A DNA stretch of 63,445 bases, filler included, from Patellaria atrata CBS 101060 (taxonomy: Eukaryota), in assembly GCA_010093705.1 (NCBI GenBank). It is 9 parts of 9 records of this genome, joined end to end, with 100 filler letters (N's around TTAATTAATTAA, not from the genome) between each part and the next. Parts side by side here need not be neighbours in the genome. Positions count along the whole stretch, not along the records: positions 40,797 to 48,995 come from MU006140.1; positions 49,096 to 57,002 come from MU006141.1; positions 57,103 to 60,911 come from MU006143.1; 6 more parts are not named here. One strand, given 5' to 3'. The position numbers and the translations under genes are program-made. Positions 45,318 to 57,284 of the stretch are shown in pieces (position 1 is the stretch's first letter; every line of letters starts with the position of its first letter). Under the pieces are notes generated by a model. That model saw only the letters and a program-made list of their open reading frames with translations, searched no databases and was not told where the DNA came from.

Positions 45318-48300
45318 TATAATAATATAATAGTTATAGAGAATCGAATTAAATTATAATTAATATAACTTAATTATAATATAAAGAGATTAAGTTAAAG
45401 AAAGAAAAAGTTATAATTATATAATTTATTAATATTAAATATATAATAGTAAAATCTTAATATAACTACTATTAATAAAGGAAAATAGAAAATAATAATT
45501 TATAATATTATTATATTATCCTCTCTTTTAAAAGTAGAAATCGCTAACTAATTATAAATTTTTATAATAATATTCGTCTTATTTATATTTACTTTTAATA
45601 TCTTTAAATTTAAATTAGACCTTTTTTTTTAACTTTATTATTATCTAGATATAGTTCTAGTTTATAGTTATTAGTTTAATAGACTTTAAACTATATATTT
45701 AATTAAATTAAAGATTTAATATTTAATAGTCTCTTATTATAAAACTTCTTTATCTTATACGAGGCTTTAATAAAATTTAAAGCTAAATACTATATATTAT
45801 TAAGATTATAATTTATTTAGCTTATTTTATATTATAATTAATTTTATATAATATAGTTAGCTAATATTTTATTAACTTTATATTTTAATTTCCCGTTAAT
45901 TTTAATTAATAGAGATAATTCTAGTTATTAATCTAAAAGTGGATCTATAATAGCTTTTCTTAATTTATCCGCGTGAAATATATTTAATATCTTTATATTA
46001 AATAGTAAATCTATTATATAGAAATATCTCTTTATACTAATAATTTTATATAGTCTAGCGTTTTAATAGTCTAATTTAATATTTAATTTATTTAAAATTT
46101 AACTTTTCTAAATAATAAAGATATAATTATTTAATCTAAAGTTTAGCTTTTAATAGTATTTATTAGCTATTTTAGTTTATATTATTTATACTTAAGCTAA
46201 ATTCTCTTTAATCTATTTAATAATATTATAGATTTATTTTATAAACTATTATATCTCTTTTTAATTTATATAATCTTTAATAGTTTTATAGTTATCTAAA
46301 TTAGTATACTTATATTAATTAAAATATATTTATAGTTTATATCTAAATTCTAATTTATATAGTAAAATATCCGTTAATTCGTAAATTAGTATTATTTAGG
46401 CGAAATCTATAATTAATATTAATTCTAATTAATTATCTTAGTAATAATTTATAAAGAGATATAATCTTAAATTAATATATTAGTTTATAATTTTTATATT
46501 ATTATTTATCTAGAAATAATATATTATAAATAACTTTTATTTAATTTTTATTAGTTTATATAGCTTATCTATAAATATTAAGATAAATTAAGATCCTTAA
46601 TTAAATATTACTATTTTAAGTATATTATATATTCTTTATATATATTTATAATATAGCTTAACTATTAATTTAGCGAATATATCTTATTTATAAAATATAG
46701 AGATAGTTCGTTTCTTAAATCTATTAATAATAATAAAGATTATTTTAAATCTATATTTATTCTTTAGAAATAACTTAAAGTTAAATATTATATACTATTA
46801 ATATTTATCCTTAATTAATAAAGATTTTAATAAGCTTAAAGCTTTATCTTTTAATATATATATTTAGCGATATATATAATAGTTTTATATATATCTCTTT
46901 ATATTAGCTATTAAACTTAATTAATAATATTAATCTTTAACTAGATTTTTTATTTTCTATACTTTTAAATACTCGATTATTAAAGTATTATAAATATCTT
47001 AAAGTAAATATATATAAAGATTACTAATATCTAGTATTATTAATCGGTTAAACTATAATAGTAGATTTTTATAGATATTTTAATACTTTTCTTTTATCTT
47101 AGTTTATTTTTAAAAGAGAGTTAATAATTTATATATTTTATTCTTTTAAATAATCTTATTAATAAATTTAATTAATAATAGCCGTTTTATTAATATTTTT
47201 TAAGATTTTAAAGTTAACTATTTATATAATTTAGAATTACTTTTCTTTATATTAGATTTTAATTAATTTATAATAGTTCTAGATTCTTTTCTTTCCTCTT
47301 TTCTAATTTTATAATTTTCTAAGCTAAATTAAAGTAAATTAAATATAATATCTACTTAACTCTAATTTAATATAATTAGTTTAACTATATTTTTCTTCTT
47401 TCTAAATATATATCTTATTAGTTTTATTATTATAGTAGAAGGTATTAAAAGCTTAATTAAGATATTCTTAAATATAATAAGAGTATAAATATAAATTTAA
47501 CTAAATTTTATAAAAAGATAGTTTATAGCCACTATTATCTATAAATGAAATAGTATTTAAATTTATATAATAATATCTTTCTTTTTAGCTATTTTAAGAT
47601 TCTTTTACTTTCGAAATAAAATATTAATAATTATATTCTCTACTTTAAATCGATATTTAATTTAGAAGTGAAAGTTAATTAAAGTCTCACTTTAATAAGC
47701 TTATTATATATTAAGTAATTATTTTATTATAAAATACTTTAAAACTTAATAGTTAATAATAATAATAAAAAATATTTATTATAATTTTACTAATATACTT
47801 TTCTATTTAATTAATACTTTTATAATAATAAATATCTTTTTATTATAGATTTTATATCTTAATTTAAACTTTAAAAGTATTTTAATTTAGAAGATAATAA
47901 ATCTTTATTTATTATTATATTTTTATAAAATAATTATAATTATTATCTTATTATTATAATTTAATTCGATTCTAATTTCTAGTAAAAGGCTATAATATAT
48001 TATTATTTAATTTAATAGTATTAATTATTTTACTCTTTTAAAGGTTTTATATTCTTTTAACTTAAATAGTTATTAAGATACTTCTTTCTTAATATAACTT
48101 ATTAATAACTATATTACTTATCTAAACTTATTAAGAAACTTTTAATAAAAGTTATAAAATTTAATAAAAAATTATATATCTTTAATATTTATTAATAATT
48201 ATTAATTCTAAACTATTTCTATTTTCTCTAAATTTATAACTAAATTATTTATATTAATAATAAATTTAAAAAACTTTATTTTAATTATATAGAATTCGCT

Positions 48301-48665
48301 TTTCTTAATATTAGTTTATAGATTAACTTTAGTTAATACTTTTAATATCTTAATAATATACGCTTTATACTTTATTAAATATATAGAATAAACTAAAATA
48401 TTATTTATATAAATTATATAAAAGTTATCTAAATATTTAAAAAAAGTCTTATTAATAAATTATTAAAAAGAGATAGAGTTATTATATAAATTAAATAGTA
48501 ATACTTTATATTTAAAGAAATTATACTAAATTTAAAATATAGTAAAATTTTTAGCTAACTTTATTATTTATATCTAGTAAAATACTTACTATATATTAAG
48601 TTTTATAAATATTTTTATATATTATAACTAAGTTAATATCTTTTTTATAAGTAATAATAAGTACT
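45318..48665 (-). mobile_element. RIP'd family B element, 3' LTR (45318-45515), PPT, IN, RH, part of RT
   Basis: Colinear with 30934-34282. Confidence 0.85.
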
Positions 48666-48900
48666 TATAATAATATAATAATTATAAAGAATTAAATTAA
48701 ATTATAACTAGTATAACCTAACTATAGTATAAAGAGATTAAGTTAAGGAAAGAAGAAGTTATAGTTATATAATCTATTAATATTAAGTATATAGCGGTAG
48801 AACTTTAACGCGACTACTATTAATAAAGGAAAGTAGGAAATAATAATCTATAATATTATTATACTATCCTCTTCTCTAAAAATAGAAATTATTAACTAGT
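48666..48900 (-). mobile_element. Family B 3' LTR (48666-48863) plus PPT
   Basis: Matches 30934-31168. Confidence 0.82.
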
Positions 48901-48995
48901 TATAATAATATAGTATAGCTATAGTAATCGTATTTTGACTATCTCTATTACTAACTACTAAGTGTGGAGATTAAGTTAAGGAACAATAATATCGT
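48901..48995 (-). mobile_element. Partial family A LTR
   Basis: Matches 7391-7485; truncated by contig edge. Confidence 0.85.
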
Positions 48996-49095
48996 NNNNN
49001 NNNNNNNNNNNNNNNNNNNNNNNNNNNNNNNNNNNNNNNTTAATTAATTAANNNNNNNNNNNNNNNNNNNNNNNNNNNNNNNNNNNNNNNNNNNN

Positions 49096-49209
49096 TAGTA
49101 GATCGCGCGACTATAACTTCTTCTTTCCTTAACTTAATCTCTTTACACTGTAGTTAGGTTATACTAGTTGCAATCCAATTCGATTCTCTATAACCGCTAC
49201 GCCGTCACA
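49096..49209 (+). mobile_element. Lightly mutated family B LTR, 3' part
   Basis: Ends GCCGTCACA and is followed by host B pol sequence. Confidence 0.9.
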
Positions 49210-52200
49210 AGTATTAGAAAAGTTATTTATTAAATATTATTATCTTTTTTATATATTTTTAAAGTATATATTAGACTAATTATCTCTTTATTAAGAGAAA
49301 ATTAATTATAATATTATATTAAAGTAAAATAATAATCTAATAATAAATCTATTATATAATATATTAATTAAGTATCTTTAATTAGTAAAGAATTATCTAG
49401 AAAAGTATCTTTAAAAAGGATTTATTAAGTTAAGCGAGATATTATATATATCTTTAATATTATTTATTAAAAAGTTAGGTAATAGTTAAAGATTTTATAT
49501 AAATTATTAAAAGCTTAATAATATTATTAAAAAAAATAAGTATCTATTATTATTTATAAAAAAGATATTAATCTAGCTATAATATATAAAAATATTTATA
49601 AAACTTAATATATAATAAATATTTTATTAAATATAAATAATAGAGTTAATTAAAGATTTTATTATATTCTAAATCTAGTATAACTTCTTTAAATATAAAA
49701 TATTACTATTTAATTTATATAATAGCCTTATTTTTTTCTAATAATTTATTAATAAAATTCTCTTTAAATATTTAAATAATTTCTATATAGTTTATATAGA
49801 TAATATTTTAGTTTATTTTATATATTTAATAAAGTATAAAGCGTACGTTATTAAAATACTAGAAGTATTAGCTAAAATTAGCTTATAAACTAATATTAAA
49901 AAAAGTAAATTTTATATAATTAAGATAAAATTTCTTAAATTTATTATTAATATAGATAGTTTAGCTATAAATTTAGAGAAAATAGAAATAATCTAAAATT
50001 AATAATTATTAATAAATATTAAAGATATATAATCTTTTATTAGATTTTATAATTTCTACTAAAAGTTTTTTAATAAGTTTAAACGAGTAATATAGCTATT
50101 AATAAGCTATATTAAAAAAGAAGTACTTTAATAATTATTTAAGTTAAAAGAATATAAGATCTTTAAAAGAATAAAATAATTAATATTATTAAATTAAGTA
50201 ATAGTATATTATAATTCTTTACTAAAAATTAGAGTTAAATTAAATTATAATAATAAAATAATAATTATAGTTATCTTATAAAAATATAGCGATAAATAAA
50301 GATTTATTATCTTTTAAATTAAAATATTTTTAAAGTCTAAATTAAGATATAAAATTTATAATAAAAAGATACTTATTATTATAAAAATATTAACTAAATA
50401 GAAGAGTATACTAGTAAAATTATAATAAATATCTTTTATTATTATTATTAATTATTAAATTTTAGAGTATTTTATAATAAAATAATTATTTAATATATAA
50501 TAAATTTATTAAAATAAGGTTTTAGTTAACTTTTATTTCTAGATTAAATATTAACTTAAAATAGAGAATATAATCGTTAATATTTTATCTTAAAAATAGA
50601 AGAATCTTAAAATAATTAAGAAGAAAGATATTATTATATAAATATAAATACTACTTTACCCGTAAATAATAGTAACTATAAACTATCTTTTTATAAGATT
50701 TAGTTAAACTTATATTTATACTTTTATTATATTTAAAGATATCTTAATTAAGCTTTTAATATCTTCTATTATAATAATAAAACTAATAAGATATATATTT
50801 AGAAAGAAGAAAAATATAATTAAACTAATTATATTAAACTAAAATTAAATAGATATTATATTTAATTTACTCTAGTCTAGTCTAAGAAATTATAGAACTA
50901 AAAAAGAGAAAAGAAAAGAATCTAGAATTATTATAAATTAACTAGAATTTAATATAAAAAAGAGCGATTTTAAATTATATAAATAATTAATTTTAAGGTC
51001 TTAAAAAGTATTAATAAAACGATTATTATTAATTAAACTTATTAATAAAATTATTTAAAAGAATAGAATATATAAATTATTAATCTCTTTTTAAAAATAA
51101 GTTAAGATAAGAGAAAAGTATTAAAATATCTATAAAAATCTATTATTATAATTTAATTAGCTAATAATATTAGATATTAATAATTTTAATATATATTTAC
51201 TTCGAGATATTTATAATATCCTAATAATCGAGTATTTAAAAGTATAGAAAATAAAAGATTTAATTAGAAATTAATACTATTAACTAGACTTAATAATTAA
51301 TATAAAAAGATATATATAAAACTATTATATATATCGTTAAATATATATATTAAGAGATAAAACTCTAGATTTACTAAAATCTTTATCGATTAAAGATAAA
51401 TATTAATAGTATATAATATTTAACTTTAAGTTATTTTTAAAGAATAAATATAGATTTAAGATAATCTTTATTATTATTAATAGATTTAGAAAATAAACTA
51501 TCTCTATACTTTATAAATAAAATATATCTATTAAATTAATAGTTAAGCTATATTATAAATATATATAGAAAATATATAATATATTTAAAACGATAATATT
51601 TAATTAAAGACTTTAATTTATCTTAATATTTATAAATAAGCTATATAAATTAATAAGAATTAAGTAGAAACTATTTATAATATATTATTTTTAAATAAAT
51701 AATAATATAGAGATTATAAATTAATATATTAATTTAAAATTATATCTTTTTATAAATTACTATTAAAATAATTAATTAAAATTAATATTAATTATAAACT
51801 TTATTTAAATAATATTAATCTATAAATTAATAGATATTTTATTATATAAATTAGAACTTAAATATAAATTATAGATATATTTTAATTAATATAAATATAT
51901 TAATTTAGATAATTATAAAATTATTAAAAATTATATAAATTAAGAAAAGATATAGTAGTTTATAAAATAAACTTATAATATTATTAAATAAATTAAAGAG
52001 AACTTAATTTAAATATAAATAATATAAGCTAAAGTAGCTAATAAATATTATTAAAAGTTAAACTTTAAATTAGACGATTATATTTTTATTATTTAGAAGG
52101 ATTAAATTTTAGATAAATTAAATATTAAATTAAATTATTAAAATATTAGACTATATAAAATTACTAATATAAAGAGATATTTTTATATAATAGATTTACT

Positions 52201-52885
52201 ATCTAATATAATAATATTAAACGTGTTTCACGTAAATAAATTAAGAAAGATTACTATAAATTCACTTTTAGATTAATAATTAAAACTATCTCTATTAATT
52301 AAGATTAATAGAGAACTAGAGTATAAAGTCGATAAGATATTAGCTAGCTATATTATATAGAGTTAACTATAATATAAAATAAGCTAAGTAGATTATAACT
52401 TTAATAATATATAGTATTTAGTCTTAAATTTTATTAAAATTTTATATAAAATAAAGGAGTTTTATAATAAAAAATTATTAAATATTAAATCTTTAATTTA
52501 ATTAAATATATAGTTTAAAGTTTATCGAGCTAATAATTATAAACTAGAACTATATCTAGATAATAATAAAATTAAGAAGAAAGATTTAGCTTAAATTTAA
52601 AAATATTAAAAGTAAATATAAATAAAATAAATATTATTATAAAAATTTATAATTAATTAATAATTTCTACTTTTAAAAAGAAGATAATATAATAATATTA
52701 TAGATTATTATTTTCTATTTTTCTTTATTAATAATAATTATATTAAGATTCTATTATTATATATTTAATATTAATAAATTATATAATTATAATTTCTTCT
52801 TTTCTTAATTTAATCTCTTTATATTATAGTTAAGTTATATTAGTTATAATTTAATTTAATTCTCTATAATTATTATATTATTATA
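49210..52885 (+). mobile_element. Heavily RIP'd family B element, RT to 3' LTR (52688-52885)
   Basis: RIP'd reverse complement of 30934-34610. Confidence 0.85.
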
Positions 52886-54785
52886 GAAACTTCTTAAGAT
52901 CGACTAGCTAGATAAACTAACTAATAATATAATTAATATATAGTTTAAAAAGTATAGATAATAATATAAAATTTATAATAAGATTAAAGAAGTTATTATT
53001 AATTTATAAAATATTATATATAACTTTATATTATTATTAACGCTTTAATATATTATAAAATATAAAATTAATAATAATTAAATATAATTATTTAATTTTT
53101 TATATAATTATAGATTCTATTTAATATTAAAATAATAATAAATTACTTTATTAATTAATTCTTTAATATTATAAAGTCTAATTATATAATCTTTAAATTA
53201 AGGCGAATATAATAATATTATCTATATTAGATATAAAATAAGAGATAATATTAAAAGAGTAAACTAATATTATAGTTTTAATAATATTTAATTAATAAAT
53301 TAAAATTAAGTATTTAGCTTTAAAAATCTTTTATATAAATTTCTAGAGATTTTAATAATCTTTTAATATAAAGTTATTAGGAATTAACTATTTAATATAC
53401 TTTTTTAACTTAAGAAGTTTAAAGATAGTTATTTAAATTAAACTATAATTTTAATAATATTTTAGATAAAGATAAAGAGATTTTAAGAGATATTTTTATA
53501 CTTTCTTCTCTATTTATATTTATAGATATAATACTTAATATTAGCTATTTTAAATTATTTAAGAAAAGATTTATAATTTTAATAACTAAGAAGTTTTATA
53601 AAATTATTAACTAGTATTTTAATCGTAAATCTTTATTTTAATTTAATATATTTAAACTAAACTTTCTATTATAGTTAATATTAATAGATATTCACGTGTT
53701 TAAGCTTTATTATTAGCTAAAATATATTAATATTAAGAAGATATAAAGTCTATTAATTATTATATAAAATCGAGATTTAATATTTTAGATTAAAAAAGAT
53801 TCTATTAAATAAATATTATTAAATAATAAACTTTTTAATAATTAAAGATAAAGTTAAAAATTTAGTTTTAATATTTAATATAATAATTATATCTTATTTT
53901 ATAGCTTTTTAATCGATTAGTTTATTAAATAATGAAAAAAGATATTTTTAAAAGCTCTTTTAATCTATAAAATTATCTATAAAAGAGATATTATTTATAA
54001 AGATAAAAATAAAGCTATTTAATTAGTTAAAATATTTTAAAGCTAAATATTTAATATTATATAAATATATTAAAGTTTATTTTATAGTATTAATATACTT
54101 ATCTAATAAATTAATTAAATATTTAGATAATTTAGAAATTATTCTAGTAATATTTAGTCTTATAAATATAATTAACTAGTTAATAGATTTAATTAACTAT
54201 TAATAATAATAAATTTAAGATTAAGATACTTAAGTTATAAAATATCTTAAAAACTTAATAAATAAAGATATTAAGAGAAACTTTTAATAATAAAGATTAA
54301 ATTTTAAGTAAATACTCTTAATATAAATATTTTAATAAAGCTATAACTTTCTAACGTTAAAATCTTAAATTATATATATATTAAGGAAATATTAAAGATC
54401 TTTAAACTTTTTTATAAAATAAATAACTATTAATTATATTTTAAATTTATAAAGTTCTTCGTTATACTATTTTAAATATAATAAAACGATATTATTAATA
54501 TAGAAAAAGATAATTAATTATTTATTTTAAAAGAAATAATTAACTTTAATCACTTAAAAAAGGTCTAAAGCTTTAAAAGTAATTAATAATATATATTATT
54601 ATAATAAAAGAAATCTTTTAAGTCTATATAAAGCTTATTTAAGATAAAATATAATCTTAGATAAAGAGAATTTTTTTAATAAAAGATAAAATACTTCTTT
54701 ATTAATAAAATTATTTATAAAAATATTAATAATATCTAAATATAAAGCTATTAAATTAAAAGCGACTATAATAGATAATATAACT
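52886..54785. repeat. Unidentified RIP-like AT-rich segment
   Basis: TpA-rich and CpA/TpG-depleted; no match to families A, B, C or the pogo-like element by eye. Confidence 0.45.
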
Positions 54786-55059
54786 TATGACGACGTGTCA
54801 CGATACTAATCCCGTATTTCCTATACTAAGTGTTTAGTTTATTTGCAAGAGATCTTTACCGGGTCGGACGTAGAAAAGATCTCTAAGCGCTAATTGGTTA
54901 AACGGAAGATAGTCGGGCCGAGGCTTGGCAAGGCGGGACTGTTATATGCGGACATTCGGCCCACGATATTATTGTTCCTTAACTTAATCTCCACACTTAG
55001 TAGTTAGTAATAGAGATAGTCAAAATACGATTACTACAGCTATACTACATTGTCACACT

Positions 55060-55069
55060 AGATTAAGTT
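55060..55069 (+). promoter_or_regulatory. Self-priming PBS of family A (AGATTAAGTT), complementary to LTR 54981-54990
   Basis: Perfect 10-nt complement; a TATA-like TTATAT lies near 54942. Confidence 0.75.
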
Positions 55070-55311
55070 CACCTTCAACGGCCTCTAGAAAGGCGACATA
55101 ATATTCCAACCGGAGCACGACATCAGTCTAGCTGACGAACGATTATCGGACTGATCGGGGATCTGCAAGCAGCTAAGCTCTACTAGCAACGAGATATCCG
55201 GTGCCTGAGAGTATTAGCGCCGACGACAACGACGACCCAGTACTTGAAAGAGATCAGGACTGACGAATACGAATTGCTTAGAGAAGCAAACATTATAGTA
55301 AACTAAATAAG

Positions 55312-56741
55312 ATGGTTAAACCTTTAGCAACCTCAGCGAAGTAGACGGGCAACGAGCCAACCATGGATCCAGGAGTAGAGAGTAGCACCGGATCAAAAGG
55401 AAAAGGAAAAATGCACCGACGCAGATCGACGCTAGAAGTGGTCGACCAGCAGATCACCGACGACATCCTAGAAGCGGATCTACAGAACCTACTAAGAGGA
55501 ATCCCCGGAATGATAGAAGAAGGGAAGCCTCTTAGGTGTACCGCTATTACAGACGATCGAAACGCCGATACAATCGACGGAGCGAAGGAATGGGTAGCTG
55601 AAAACCTAGACCAGTTCGTAACGGAGTACCTCCACACGAGAGCGAAGCTTATGGCTCGAGAGATACAACTCGGAAAGATGGCAAACCTTATTAACGAGAT
55701 GGCGCCCGACTTACAGCTGAAGCTGCAAGTATGCCAAGCGAACGAAGAAGCCATGGAACGCCTCCAGGACGAGATCGATGACCTAAAGGGGCAGACTAAG
55801 CAGTCTAAACTAGACCGAAGGAGCGTCCGGTTCGACGACGAATCTGACGACGAAGAACCATTGGCACCACGCAGTCGTAACGACCGAGCTGGAACAGTCG
55901 ACTCAACCGGAAGCTTTAGGAGCAGGGGCGACGATAAGATAAAGAAGTTCCCCGATCCACCAGAACTAACCGATGGCAAGAAGCCAACCTATAAGGAGTG
56001 GAAGAGCAAGATAAACGACAAGCTCCACGTCAACAGCGACTAGTTCCAAGACGAAAGGGCGAAGACTGCCTATATCAAGACACGGATCAGTGGCGAGGCA
56101 GCTNNNNNNNNNNNNNNNNNNNNNNNNNNNNNNNNNNNNNNNNNNNNNNNNNNNNNNNNNNNNNNNNNNNNNNNNNNNNNNNNNNNNNNNNNNNNNNNNN
56201 NNNGCAAGGCTACCTAGCGGACTTTCCGAAGTTCCAGTCTACGTTCATCCGGCTGGCTAATGAAGCCAGGTTATCACGCGACCAGTGGAAAGAGGAACTC
56301 CACGACAGACTCTACGATAGTCTAAGGCTAACAATGGCGGAAGCCGTGGGTAACGACGAAATTAGCTTCCAGAAGTACTACAGTAAAGCCACGACGCAGG
56401 CACGAGAGCTAGAAAGGTCAGGCAAAGCCAGTAAGGCCCGTAGAGAGAGTTAGAAGCGTGGTAAACCGACTAGAACAACTTCCACCTCAACAACGACGAA
56501 TAGAACTTCATACCGATTAGGGAGCGGAGGAACCACCTCACCCATAACACCACAAGTGACGGAGCAGACCACAACTGTTCGGAAGTTTACGGGTAACTGC
56601 TTCAACTGCGGCAAGGCCGGACATAGAGCGTTGGAATGCCGGGGACCAAAGAAGACAACCGAAGTAAAGTCGGTCCAGAAAGACGAGCATCAGAGCTCAA
56701 AGTCCGATTCAGGGTCAGATTCGGAAAACGAGAAACCCTGA
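55312..56741 (+). pseudogene. gag: Family A gag with in-frame TAG stops, spanning an N gap
   Basis: MVKPL start, KFPDPPELTDGK motif and CFNCGKAGHRALEC zinc knuckle. TAG stops near 55342, 56041 and 56451 are consistent with CAG/TGG to TAG changes. Confidence 0.9.
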
Positions 56742-57002
56742 GCAGAGACTCCGCATCAGGGCTAACAGTAGGAGCATTAGCAACACCGATCAGCGATCCG
56801 GTATTAGAAAAGCCATTCACGATGCCGTGCCGAATCTCGAAGAACGGAATCGCAATACAGCTTAGGGCCCTAATCGACACTGGAGCTCAAGGGTATGCCC
56901 TACTAAATAAGAGATGGCTACCCGCTCTAAAACAACGCCTCGGAATCGAAGTCAGAAAGATGGACCAGGAGATCGAAGTCAATGCCTTCAATAATTCGAA
57001 GG
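56723..57002 (+). pseudogene. pol: Family A pol N-terminus (aspartic protease), -1 frame relative to gag
   Basis: ALIDTGAQG motif; the frame is -1 to gag; truncated by contig edge. Confidence 0.88.
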
Positions 57003-57102
57003 NNNNNNNNNNNNNNNNNNNNNNNNNNNNNNNNNNNNNNNNNNNNTTAATTAATTAANNNNNNNNNNNNNNNNNNNNNNNNNNNNNNNNNNNNNNNNNN
57101 NN

Positions 57103-57197
57103 TAATAAATAAATTATAAAATATAATTTAATAAATAAATTATAAAATATAATTTAATAAATAAATTATAAAATATAATTTAATAAATAAATTATAA
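57103..57197. repeat. 26-bp A/T-only tandem repeat, about 3.6 copies
   Basis: taataaataaattataaaatataatt at 57103, 57129 and 57155, with a partial copy at 57181. Confidence 0.85.
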
Positions 57198-57284
57198 TTA
57201 TATTAAATTATTAATTAATATTTTATTTAATAATTTATTATTTTTATATTTTATATTTTTATTTATATTATAAGTCTAGATTTA

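Larger units (their letters stand above)
54786..57002 (+). mobile_element. Lightly RIP'd family A element 5' half (LTR 54786-55057, PBS, gag, protease)
   Basis: 272-bp LTR ending GTCACA, gag with a CCHC knuckle, and a DTG protease motif; truncated by contig edge. Confidence 0.93.

Noticed and set aside
55293..55979. 228-aa antisense ORF (also 31776-32129, 32274-33169, 56602-56880)
   Set aside because: These are shadow frames opposite gag/pol with no recognisable motifs.
57103..57197. 26-bp tandem repeat as a telomeric or centromeric satellite
   Set aside because: It has under four copies at a contig edge, no TTAGGG-like unit, and no other occurrence noticed.
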